NCBI GenBank assembly: GCA_965197475.1 | Contig: CBDANF010000003.1 | Coordinates: forward strand, 1,568,001 to 1,632,000 | DNA length: 64,000 bases | Source: Candidatus Poribacteria bacterium | Lineage (GTDB): Bacteria > Poribacteria > WGA-4E > WGA-3G | Reading direction: 5' to 3' | Shown here: positions 29,520-38,620 of the stretch, one piece after another | Position numbering within the stretch: position 1 is the first letter of the stretch | How the letters are laid out: each line of letters opens with the position of its first letter | Program-made: the position numbers and the translations under genes | The notes under the pieces: model-generated | Seen by the model: the letters and a program-made list of their open reading frames with translations, nothing else | Told to the model about the DNA's origin: nothing | Database searches by the model: none

Positions 29520-29614
29520 TAACAATCGCTTAACAATCGCTTAACAATCGCTTAACAATCGCTTAACAATCGCTTAACAATCGCTTAACAATCGCTTAAC
29601 AATCGCTTAACAAT
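29520..29614. repeat. Perfect 11-bp tandem repeat (TAACAATCGCT)x8 plus a partial unit
   Basis: Counted directly. Confidence 0.97.
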
Positions 29615-29724
29615 TAAAGCATTAAAAAGGAAGTTAATCAAGAAAAAGTAGAAAAGTGCTGTAAATGTAGATGGTTATTGACTTTTTCCTTGATTTAAAT
29701 GGTAAGAAATGGTATAATATAGGC

Positions 29725-29806
29725 AAGAAAATAGGGGGCGGACACCCCCTATTGAACCGAAAAAGCGGAGTTGCTTTTTCTAAGTTCTATCTTATCTATA
29801 TCATAT
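29725..29806 (-). ncRNA. Predicted antisense RNA to the transposase leader (element 3)
   Basis: Minus-strand TTGCTT-18-TATACT (29842-29813); terminator hairpin 29730-29753 with U tract. Confidence 0.55.
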
Positions 29807-29869
29807 TAAGATAGTATAGCACAATCTTTCAGAATAAAGCAACTCCTTTTGACATATAGGAGTATTCTG

Positions 29870-30751
29870 ATGGATTTAATCAAGGTTATGGAGAGATTCC
29901 CAGACCAGTCATCCTGTATTGAGTATCTTGAGAAGATACGATGGAAAGGTAAGCCTCATTGCCCACATTGTGGGATTACCGATGTTTTCAGGCGTAATGA
30001 GACGGCAACTGGTCGGATTGGTCGTTGGAATTGTAATGGTTGTAAGGCAACCTTCAAGGTTACTCAAGGCACAGTGTTTCACGGGGCTAAGATCGCACTT
30101 CAAAAGTGGTTTCTGGCTATTTCACTAATGGGAAACGCAAAGAAGAGCTTGTCCAGTTATCAGTTGAGTCGTGATTTAGACCTGAATCAGAAGACGGCTT
30201 GGTTTATGATGCAACGCATTCGTGCTGAAATGGCTACTAAAGGTCAAACTCTGCTGAAGGGTATTATTGAGGCAGATGAGACTTATATAGGGGGCAAACC
30301 TCGGAAAAAGAACAAGCGCGAGGACGATGAACCCGCCAAAAGAGGAAGGGGAACATCAAAATCCGCTATTCTTGGCGCAGTTGAGCGTGGAGGTAAGGTA
30401 GTAGCTAAACTTGCTGATGATTTAACGGGAAGGGGTATCCTGGCGTTTATTCGGGATGCTGTCAAAATAGATGAATCCGAACTGATAACCGATGAATATG
30501 CTGCTTACAATGAGATCGGAAAGCAGATAAAACATCGGGTTATCAATCACAAAGAACAGTTCGCTGATGGGGATACCCACACGAACACTATTGAAGGTTT
30601 TTGGGCGTTGTTGAAACGCGCATGGTATGGACAGCATCACCACTACTCTACTGGGTATATCCCGCTATATGTGGCTGAGGCTTGCTATAAATATAACTAC
30701 CGGAATGTGGATAGCATATTCTGGAAATTTGTTAATGAAAGTATGAGGTGA
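29870..30751 (+). CDS. IS1595-family (ISXO2-like) transposase, intact
   Basis: CPHC zinc ribbon, HTH, IEADETYIGG, ITDEY, HTNTIEGFW; AGGAG RBS. Confidence 0.93.
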   Translation: MDLIKVMERFPDQSSCIEYLEKIRWKGKPHCPHCGITDVFRRNETATGRIGRWNCNGCKATFKVTQGTVFHGAKIALQKWFLAISLMGNAKKSLSSYQLSRDLDLNQKTAWFMMQRIRAEMATKGQTLLKGIIEADETYIGGKPRKKNKREDDEPAKRGRGTSKSAILGAVERGGKVVAKLADDLTGRGILAFIRDAVKIDESELITDEYAAYNEIGKQIKHRVINHKEQFADGDTHTNTIEGFWALLKRAWYGQHHHYSTGYIPLYVAEACYKYNYRNVDSIFWKFVNESMR

Positions 30752-30893
30752 AAAAATGACTAAAGAAAAACAAGTCTGCCAAGAATGTGGAAACAAAAAG
30801 GCCCGCCTACCTGTAAAAAAAAACAGATGGTAGACCTATTGAACCAATTAAAGCAATATGGAATGGAAGATTTAGGGAATATATCCGAAAAAA

Positions 30894-31178
30894 TTAAGTG
30901 TTCGTCCGAGCAACCCTAATCATATCGTCTAAAGTTTCTATTGATACTTTTAAATCTGAGATGATATTTTGTATATCAGTTTGGAGATTTGGTGGAATTG
31001 CACCGCTTTCAACGATCAAACAGCATTTACAAAGTGGTCGAATCTGTAAGGCACGGACATCTTTGGGGTTAATTTCTAATGCTGTTTCTACATAAGCGAG
31101 GGCATCAACAAAATTACCTGTTCTGAATTCATTGAGGCTAAGTCGGATTAACTCAGCTGCTTGTCTGGTGGATTTCAT
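30894..31178 (-). CDS. Small TPR-like passenger protein
   Basis: ALAYVETALEINPKD TPR pattern; likely ATG at 31178. Confidence 0.55.
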   Translation of the reverse strand: MKSTRQAAELIRLSLNEFRTGNFVDALAYVETALEINPKDVRALQIRPLCKCCLIVESGAIPPNLQTDIQNIISDLKVSIETLDDMIRVARTNT

Positions 31179-31189
31179 GGTTTTCTTCC

Positions 31190-31477
31190 CTATTTGTTGG
31201 CATGTTCGATTATAAACACGCCAAACTGATGTCGGATTTCTTTTGGCATTGAAGTGTCGAGGGTAGTCCACCCGAATTCTTGATTGGAAAGAACCCAATT
31301 TCTTAAATCTGAAGTGAGTGGATACAGGAAATGTTCGTTTTCAATAGCATTAACATACATTTTCCACATCTTTTTAGTATGTTCATCGCTTGATTGATCC
31401 ATCTTTTCTTTGTCAGCTCGAAGATGTGTTACCATAAAAAATACTACGATGATAACAAAGACACTGAAAATTATCAT
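31190..31477 (-). CDS. Small membrane-anchored passenger protein
   Basis: N-terminal hydrophobic helix; AAGGGG RBS; 95 aa. Confidence 0.6.
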   Translation of the reverse strand: MIIFSVFVIIVVFFMVTHLRADKEKMDQSSDEHTKKMWKMYVNAIENEHFLYPLTSDLRNWVLSNQEFGWTTLDTSMPKEIRHQFGVFIIEHANK

Positions 31478-31732
31478 ATTGTACCCCTTAAATTGTAGGT
31501 TTGGTCATCCAGTAAATCCCAACTTCTCCACAAAAGAAGTGGGCATCCCTGGTGACCAAACCATAACACCTAACTTACATTAGATATGGGATACCCATAG
31601 TCCAATGGTGTTATAGTTTGGTCTGTTAAGAATTCTACAATTTTAAGAAGGGGAATGTCAAGTTAAAGGTGGGAATTTTGAAAAAAGTGGAGAAAAAAAT
31701 GAGAAATCTAATGTCCGAAACTACTTATTCCG

Positions 31733-32313
31733 TTGAAAAATGAGAAATTGCTCTCTGCGAAAGCGTTTGATAATCGTGTCGGTGTTGCACTTGTGATTGA
31801 CGCACTTTTGCGACTTGAAGAGCATCCGAATACCGTTATCGGGGCAGGGAGTGTGCAGGAAGAGATCGGATTGCGAGGCGCAAGGACAATGGTAGCAAGT
31901 GTGGAACCTGATCTCGCTATTGTACTTGAGGGACCGCCTGGAGATGATACACCAGGATTAAGCGTCGGATCAACACAAGGGAAACTTGGCAGCGGTGTAC
32001 AAATTCGGATAATTGATTCTTCAATGATTGTCAATCCGAAGTTGGCAGATTTTGTGATTGAGACAGCGAAGCAACATGAAATCCCGTATCAACTCGGTGT
32101 ACGTCAATCCGGCGGGACAGATGGTGGCGCAATTCATCAATTCATCAATTCGGCAGAGGGGTGCCTTCCGTTGTGCTTGGCATGCCATCGCGGTATATCC
32201 ATAGTCATGTCTCAATTATTAACACTGATGACTACACCGCAGCGTTGGATTTGACGATGCATCTTGTGCGTGAAATTGATGCATCTGTTTTGGAAGGATT
32301 TCTGTTCGGTTAG
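31733..32313 (+). pseudogene. M42 family metallopeptidase, N-terminal half deleted at the IS end and frameshifted by an 8-bp duplication
   Basis: AKAFDNRVG, VQEEIGLRGA, GGTDGG; ATCAATTC duplicated near 32136-32151; RYIHSH follows in another frame. Confidence 0.85.
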
Positions 32314-32354
32314 GCACGCTTATTAAGTGTGCCTCTTGCTTGGAGGGATAAACA

Positions 32355-33194
32355 GTGGAAACCACCTTACCGAAAGTCTCATTTTGTAATCACCAGATCA
32401 GTAAGTTGTTGATTGGGGATAATCCGATTTACGGTTATTCTCACTTTAATCAACTGCTTTCACAGCATCAGCAAGCGTATCATACGCCAGAACAGGTTGT
32501 GGCAACACTCAAAAGGGCGGAAGGAGCAGGCATAAATGCTTGGCAGAATAGTATAACGGAACGTTCACTTTCCGACCTACAACGTTATCGCGATGCGGGT
32601 GGCACGATGCGCTGGTTCTGTCTCAGCTGGAGTTCCGTGTGGTACGAGGAACCCGACCAGGTTTTTGAAGATGCCAAACACAAGCCATTCGGTATGGCAC
32701 CTCACGGTGGCGGCGTAGGACAACGTTGTCTACGGGAAAACAGACTCGATCTGTTGCAAGATATTCTCAAACGGATTCGCGATACCGAGACTCTTGTCGG
32801 TCTATCGGTGCATGACCCGAAACTTGTGCATATCGCCGAAGATAAAGGGTGGGATATAGACTACTATATGACAGCACTCTATAATCTACAAAGTGGGAGC
32901 GAGAAATTCAGAGAAAAGTTCGGTTACGCGCCTTTAGGTGAAATCTACGCACGCGAAGACCGCGTTGAGATGTGCAAGGCGATACAACGGACAGATAAAC
33001 CGTGCATTATCTTCAAAGTGCTTGCAGCAGGTCGGACAATCGGAAGTCCACAGCAGATTCGTGAAGAGGTGAAATTCGCTTTAGAGAATTCTAAACCGAT
33101 TGATGTGTTGCTGCTCGGTATGTATCAACAATTCGGTGACCAGATTGGTGAAAATGCTGCGTTGATTACGGAACTTTATGCGGAATTAGGGTAA
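32355..33194 (+). CDS. Aldo/keto-reductase-like hypothetical protein
   Basis: ISKLLIGDNP..GYSH, KPCIIFKVLAAGR, GMY motifs. Confidence 0.65.
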   Translation: METTLPKVSFCNHQISKLLIGDNPIYGYSHFNQLLSQHQQAYHTPEQVVATLKRAEGAGINAWQNSITERSLSDLQRYRDAGGTMRWFCLSWSSVWYEEPDQVFEDAKHKPFGMAPHGGGVGQRCLRENRLDLLQDILKRIRDTETLVGLSVHDPKLVHIAEDKGWDIDYYMTALYNLQSGSEKFREKFGYAPLGEIYAREDRVEMCKAIQRTDKPCIIFKVLAAGRTIGSPQQIREEVKFALENSKPIDVLLLGMYQQFGDQIGENAALITELYAELG

Positions 33195-33221
33195 ATCGTA
33201 TAATGAAGGACAGACTTAAAT

Positions 33222-34046
33222 ATGACACCAAAACAACGTTATCTATTTGATATAACAGGTTATCTTCATTTGGAAAACGTCATCATCGGCGATGCATTAG
33301 CGGAGACTGCTGAGGCGGTTGATAGATATATCACCACACCACCTGATGAATTGCCACCAGGCTTTGAACAGCACGGGCTTCATCAACACGGGTTCGCTTT
33401 TGACAAATCGCTTGAGTGCTTAACGGTGCACACGGCACTATGGCCGATTATTAAGGAGTTGACCGACAATCAACCGCGGTTCGGTAGAGGTTCGCTCAAG
33501 CATGACACACATGATTTATGGAAGGCGGGAGAAAACGCGCATGTGAATCCAGGTGGACTGCACTGTGCACGTGATGACTATGGGTGGTATAGCACACGCT
33601 ATGAGGCGAGTAACGGACGTATCTACTGTGATAATTTCGTCTGTTTTCCCTATTTTACCGATGTCTATCCGGGGGATGGCGGTCTCATCGTAATTCCCGG
33701 TTCGCATAAGAGCGAGTTTGAGCGTCCAAAGCCGCTGCTGACGCTTGACGAAGCGGATGGGATTGATCCTATTGATGACCCTGTTTTTGTCAATATCACA
33801 CCGAAAGCAGGCGATATTGTGATTATTTCGGAGCTGCTAACGCACGGGGTGCTGCGCTGGAAACCAAAAGATCGAGATAGGCGGTTTCTCGTTTTGCGGT
33901 ATTTTCCACAATACACAGGCACGCATAATTTACCGCAACCTATTCTGGATCGGTTATCTCCTGAGACTTTGGAATTGGTAGCGTCTGAACCGTATGGGCA
34001 TATCAAGAAGATTGTGAAGCAGGATGCGGTTACGTTGACCGTGTAG
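33222..34046 (+). CDS. Phytanoyl-CoA dioxygenase (PhyH) family protein
   Basis: RYLFDITGYL, DGGLIVIPGSHK, KAGDIVIISELLTHG. Confidence 0.85.
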   Translation: MTPKQRYLFDITGYLHLENVIIGDALAETAEAVDRYITTPPDELPPGFEQHGLHQHGFAFDKSLECLTVHTALWPIIKELTDNQPRFGRGSLKHDTHDLWKAGENAHVNPGGLHCARDDYGWYSTRYEASNGRIYCDNFVCFPYFTDVYPGDGGLIVIPGSHKSEFERPKPLLTLDEADGIDPIDDPVFVNITPKAGDIVIISELLTHGVLRWKPKDRDRRFLVLRYFPQYTGTHNLPQPILDRLSPETLELVASEPYGHIKKIVKQDAVTLTV

Positions 34047-34716
34047 AAGTACAATGTAAGCGTTTAAGTTCCTCTTGGAGTCGGGCAACTTCTGCCTCTG
34101 CTTCTTCAGCTCTTTCCTCAGCTGATAGCAACCACTTTTCCGTACCAGGATCATGAATGCCGAAACTATCATCCAGCAAATGGAATGTTAAACCCAACGT
34201 TTCTGAGAAAAACCCGCCATCAGGACGTTGTGAAATCTCAACATAATCCCCATCAACAAGCCGAAACGCCATCAACGATGAAGGCAAATAACGCCTTTCC
34301 GCATCATAGAGGAAGTATTCCGAAATGCCAATTCTGGCATAGAGATGCATTTTGTCATCTAAGTCATTTTGGTAGGTGCCTTTGCTTGAAAACTCCAGCA
34401 CGAAGTCGGGCGGTTTCCCTTCTTCCCATACCTTGTAAGTGCGGCGTTGTTTTTTGCCGATACCGAAAGAGACAAGAATATCGGGCGATACAGATTGTTG
34501 CGGGGAACCCTTTACGTAATACATCATGATATTGCCGGAGATATAGACATCCAGTTTTTCAGCGAAATATGCCTTAAGCATCTGCCGCATCCGGATTATT
34601 TCATCCATATAGAGGTCGGTTTCAGCCATAGGTTTACCATCCGATTCGGGGTATATTATATCCGCTGTGTCTGTTGGCGCATAAGGGGGAGGGCGTGCGT
34701 TTGAGTCAGTTCCCAT
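34030..34716 (-). CDS. Uma2 family endonuclease
   Basis: YPESDGKPMAET, SPDILV, PDFVLEFSS, EYFLYD; coiled-coil tail. Confidence 0.9.
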   Translation of the reverse strand: MGTDSNARPPPYAPTDTADIIYPESDGKPMAETDLYMDEIIRMRQMLKAYFAEKLDVYISGNIMMYYVKGSPQQSVSPDILVSFGIGKKQRRTYKVWEEGKPPDFVLEFSSKGTYQNDLDDKMHLYARIGISEYFLYDAERRYLPSSLMAFRLVDGDYVEISQRPDGGFFSETLGLTFHLLDDSFGIHDPGTEKWLLSAEERAEEAEAEVARLQEELKRLHCTSTRST

Positions 34717-34861
34717 CGGTGGTTCTCCTTAAAAGCAGGTGTTGTGTTTGTTCATGCTGCAATCTGGTTTCACAGGCGTTTCGTACGGATTTGTGGTTAG
34801 TATACCTGAAAATACGGGTATGTCAAGGCTTTAATATTCCGTTATATCTTTTGAGTATTTT

Positions 34862-35067
34862 TTGTCTGAATCGCGGATTAGCGCGGATGGCGCGGATTGT
34901 CTGAACCAGGATTTCCAAGATTATAGGATTATCATCTTCTCATCCAAATGTTTGTTTTCGAGATAGATATAACATCTCATCAAGCATCAACGCTTAGCTG
35001 ATCAAAAACATTTATATTCTCAACAATCCTGAAAATCTGGAAATCCTGAAAATCTTGGTTCAGATAA
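34862..35067. repeat. MITE-like palindromic element with 9-bp subrepeats
   Basis: TTGTCTGAACCAGGAT (34897) inverted to ATCTTGGTTCAGATAA (35052-35067); AATCCTGAA-like tandem units; a second left end at 34862. Confidence 0.65.
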
Positions 35068-35181
35068 TTAACAAAACTTTACACGCCGTTACATCTTGAC
35101 ATTCTTCATTGAATAGGTTATCATATTGTTAACAACATGCTCAATCTGCAGGACAAACCATCCCATTAAAAGGAAAATTCT

Positions 35182-36768
35182 ATGAAACATAGAGATAAAT
35201 TATTGTGGACGTTCCCCCAATTCGCTATTATAGTTCTTCTCCTCTTTTGTACAATAAGTGCCGCACCTGCACAAATCACCCTACCCGCCGAAGATATTGC
35301 CGAAAAAGCGTTAGCAGCGACGGTATACTTGGAGATGAAGGATAAAAACGGCAGAACTTTGGGCATTGGCAGCGGGTTCTTTGTCAAACCCAACCTTATT
35401 GCTACCAACTACCACGTGATTGAAGGTGCAGCAAAAGGCACTGTAAAATTAGTTGGTAAGTCCACCACATACAATATAGAAGGCGTTACGGTAACTGACA
35501 AGACGAACGATCTTGCACTCCTAAAGGTTACCGCTTACGGTATCAAACCGCTTTCTCTCGGAGATAGCGATACCGTTCGGATTGGTGAGACAGTCTATGT
35601 TGCAGGCAACCCGAAAGGTTTGGAAGGGACGTTTTCGGATGGTATTATCAGTAGCCGCCGAGATAAAAACACTAAAGAACGGCTGCAGATGACTGCACCG
35701 ATTTCTCCAGGGAGTAGCGGAGGACCTGTGCTAAACCGTAAGGGTGAAGTTATTGGAGTTTCTTTTGCTGGACACCGTGCTTTAGATGCCCAGAATCTCA
35801 ATTTTGCAATTCCGTCAAAATATCTTAAGAAACTGGTGGAGCAGAAGAAGGCAGCAAAACCTATCTTCTCGCAAAAGAGTCATCTATCTATATCTGCGGA
35901 TACTCGTTTCCGATGGGGAAATGTGAAGTTTGATTTAGGGGATTATGCAGGTGCAATTGTAGATTATAACACCGCCATAAGACTACAACCCGAACATGTC
36001 TTGGCATACTACAATCGCGGACTTGCGAAGGGTAAGTTGAAACAATACTTTGCTGCGATTGCCGATTATGACATCGCTATTCGCCTCAAACCTGATTATG
36101 CCATTGCTTACTACGATCGCGGAAATGTGAAGTTCGAGTTGGGACAATATGCTGCTGCTATTGCCGATTATGACATCGCTATCCGACTAAAACCTGACGA
36201 TGCCGCTGCATATTACAATCGGGGAGTTGCGAAAGGTAAGTTAGGACAACACTTTGCTGCGATTGCTGACTATGACATCGCTATTAGACTAAAACCTGAT
36301 GATGCCGATGCATACATCAATCGGGGAGTTGCGAAGGCTGTCTTGAGACAACACTTTGCTGCGATTGCAGATTTTGACATGGCTATAAAACTAAAACCTT
36401 ATTATGCAAAGGCGTACTTTGCAAGAGGCATGGCAAAAGAGGACTTAAGACAATACGCTGCTGCGGTTGCAGATTATGACATTGCTATACGACTAAAACC
36501 TGATCTTGCCACGGCATACTACAATCGGGGAAATGCGAAGGTTGACTTGGGACAATTCTCTGCTGCGATTTCTGACTATGACATCGCTATACGACTAAAA
36601 CCTGATTATATCTTGGCATACATCAATCGTGGAATTGCCAAGTATTTACTAGGTCGAAAATGGGAAGCAAAAAAAGATTTACAAACGGCGTTAAGACTTG
36701 CAAAAAAGGCGAGTGATACGGACCTCAAGGTTAGTGCTGAGAAGGCACTGCGTATTCTCAATGAGTGA
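35182..36768 (+). CDS. Secreted trypsin-like protease with about 8 TPR repeats
   Basis: TNYHV, DLALL, ISPGSSGGP; 34-aa AYYNRG.AK..LGQY.AAIADYDIAIRLKPD repeats; protease domain is a paralogue of 5867-6907. Confidence 0.92.
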   Translation: MKHRDKLLWTFPQFAIIVLLLFCTISAAPAQITLPAEDIAEKALAATVYLEMKDKNGRTLGIGSGFFVKPNLIATNYHVIEGAAKGTVKLVGKSTTYNIEGVTVTDKTNDLALLKVTAYGIKPLSLGDSDTVRIGETVYVAGNPKGLEGTFSDGIISSRRDKNTKERLQMTAPISPGSSGGPVLNRKGEVIGVSFAGHRALDAQNLNFAIPSKYLKKLVEQKKAAKPIFSQKSHLSISADTRFRWGNVKFDLGDYAGAIVDYNTAIRLQPEHVLAYYNRGLAKGKLKQYFAAIADYDIAIRLKPDYAIAYYDRGNVKFELGQYAAAIADYDIAIRLKPDDAAAYYNRGVAKGKLGQHFAAIADYDIAIRLKPDDADAYINRGVAKAVLRQHFAAIADFDMAIKLKPYYAKAYFARGMAKEDLRQYAAAVADYDIAIRLKPDLATAYYNRGNAKVDLGQFSAAISDYDIAIRLKPDYILAYINRGIAKYLLGRKWEAKKDLQTALRLAKKASDTDLKVSAEKALRILNE

Positions 36769-36888
36769 GTAGGAACGCTTTATAAGCACTCTGTCGATCA
36801 AGTTATATCGTTAATTGTAACCACTACTATAAATAAACATTTTCTGTGTGTAGTTATCTAAAACAGATAACTTAAAAGGAGAATTAAT

Positions 36889-37590
36889 ATGGATCAAAAA
36901 TTTGAAAAATGGAAACGCTGGCTTGCTGATGAAATCCATTGGGAAATTGAAGAGTTGGTCACTAACAAACACATTTTTTGGGAAATTCAGAAAATGATTG
37001 ATGACAACCCAAATATTCAGGAACCATGTTCATTTAATTGGTTTATCGGACAAACCTACTCTGACTACGGGGTAATTGCGGTTCGCAGGCAAATCAAGTT
37101 TAACAAATTTAACAAACGGAACCGGAGCATTTCATTCGTCAGATTACTGAAGGAAATAATAGAAACTCCTTGTGTGCTCTCAAGAGAGCGATTCGTGAAT
37201 ATGTATCGAATAGGTATGAAAAATATAGAAGAAAATAGAGCGGAAGATATTGGAAATAGAACTTTCGATCGTCATTTTACGGGAGGATGTACAAATTATA
37301 ATTATATTGATCCTACCTTGGTTCAGGAAGATCTGGATGAACTGAAAAAACACGGTGACAAGCTGGAGGAGTTTGCGGATAAAAGGGTTGCCCACCACGA
37401 TAAGAAAGCACCAAAAACAATACCAACCTTCAACGAGTTAGATGTTGCTATAGATTGTCTTAAGAAACTCACAAGAAAATATAGACTCTCACTTACAGCA
37501 GAAGACTTAGGAGAGGATTTAGTGGCAAGATTCATTGAAGATTATTGGGAAGAAATCTTTAGCCAACCTTGGATAGTGGATACTACCTAA
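36889..37590 (+). CDS. All-helical protein, possible AbiU2-like HEPN RNase
   Basis: SISFVRLL and DKRVAHHD motifs; AGGGAG RBS. Confidence 0.5.
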   Translation: MDQKFEKWKRWLADEIHWEIEELVTNKHIFWEIQKMIDDNPNIQEPCSFNWFIGQTYSDYGVIAVRRQIKFNKFNKRNRSISFVRLLKEIIETPCVLSRERFVNMYRIGMKNIEENRAEDIGNRTFDRHFTGGCTNYNYIDPTLVQEDLDELKKHGDKLEEFADKRVAHHDKKAPKTIPTFNELDVAIDCLKKLTRKYRLSLTAEDLGEDLVARFIEDYWEEIFSQPWIVDTT

Positions 37591-37616
37591 TAAATCATTA
37601 GAACAGGAAGAAGTAT

Positions 37617-37763
37617 TTACGAATTGTTTGCAACCTTAATACGATTTTGTGCACGCGCAAGTGCCGCTTCTGCTCGCGGGCGGTTCAAATCTGGGGCATC
37701 CGCGGCGAGTTGTTCTTGTGCACGTTCAAGTGCACTTTCAGCACGCGATACGTCAATATCCGA
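37617..37763 (-). repeat. Diverged duplicate of the last 147 bp of atpC
   Basis: 12 mismatches in 147 bp versus 41339-41485 by manual alignment; ends in its own TAA. Confidence 0.95.
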
Positions 37764-37896
37764 AAAACGCTATATGGCTATTATTGTGGGCTTGGTTCTA
37801 AAGTCCATCCATTTTTAGTAGCAAGCTGAGCAAGTGCAATTGTAGCAATTTATTATGAATTTCAAAATGCTAAAAATCTCGGTAATGGGACCCTGT

Positions 37897-38018
37897 CAGG
37901 ACTTACGCAAATTGGAAAGAGAAAGACCATATTCTGCTTAAAAAGTCGTTATTTCAGTATTTTAACCCCCTAAGTCCCCCTTATCAAGGGGACTTTAAGA
38001 GAAAATGCGTAAGTCCTG
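37897..38018. mobile_element. MITE with CAGGACTTACGCA ends, copy 2
   Basis: Perfect 13-bp TIRs; 5-bp direct repeat CCTGT; internal AAGTCCCC..GGGGACTT hairpin. Confidence 0.85.
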
Positions 38019-38053
38019 CCTGTTTATGGAATTGGTATAGCGTCCTCCAAAAT

Positions 38054-38620
38054 CTATTCAAAAAGTTCTGCCACTGGACATGAAAACCCTGGTACGACAT
38101 CCTCACCTGTTAAAGTCCCTTCATAGTTTAGCAGCGTAAAGTCTGTTTCAGAACGATGGACCATAACCGTTTTCATAATCGGTTCAATAACCCAAACAAG
38201 CCGTGTTCCCGCCTTCAGATAGGCTAACGTTTTTTCGGTAACATCATAATGCTTATCTGTCGGAGAAACTATTTCAATAGCGAGGTCAGGGGCATCAGCG
38301 AAACCTTTTAATTTATCTTCCGACAACCGTTCTGTTGATACAAACGCAATATCCGGTTTTACCACCCGATCACCTAATTGGAATGTCGTTTCCGCAATAT
38401 ATAAACGCCCTAATTTATTTTCGCGAACGTGTGATGTTAAAAGAAAATGGACGTTAGATCCTATTTCACCATGGACAATTGCTGCAGCTGCCATTGGCAC
38501 TAATTCCCCTTTTACATACTCATAACCCTCTAAATCGTTTTCAAGAAATTCCGCCATCGTCATCGTACCGTGAGGTAGCATTTCTTGCACAGATTCAGGG
38601 TTCGCTTGCGAATTATGCAT
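38054..38620 (-). CDS. Uma2 family endonuclease
   Basis: YEYVKGELV, KPDIAFV, APDLAIEIVSP, GTRLVWVI. Confidence 0.9.
   Translation of the reverse strand: MHNSQANPESVQEMLPHGTMTMAEFLENDLEGYEYVKGELVPMAAAAIVHGEIGSNVHFLLTSHVRENKLGRLYIAETTFQLGDRVVKPDIAFVSTERLSEDKLKGFADAPDLAIEIVSPTDKHYDVTEKTLAYLKAGTRLVWVIEPIMKTVMVHRSETDFTLLNYEGTLTGEDVVPGFSCPVAELFE

Larger units (their letters stand above)
29241..31732 (+). mobile_element. IS1595-family element 3 carrying passenger genes
   Basis: TIRs CGGAATAAGTAGTTTTGGACAT / ATGTCCGAAACTACTTATTCCG; both flanking genes are truncated; no target-site duplication. Confidence 0.9.

Noticed and set aside
29520-29614. CRISPR array
   Set aside because: The 11-bp units are contiguous, with no spacers and no cas genes.
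35920-36660. Non-coding 102-bp repeat array or DGR template
   Set aside because: Explained by TPR coding repeats; no reverse transcriptase in the window.
37624-37818. Plus-strand ORF repeated at 41289-41645
   Set aside because: Antisense shadow of atpC and of its duplicated tail.
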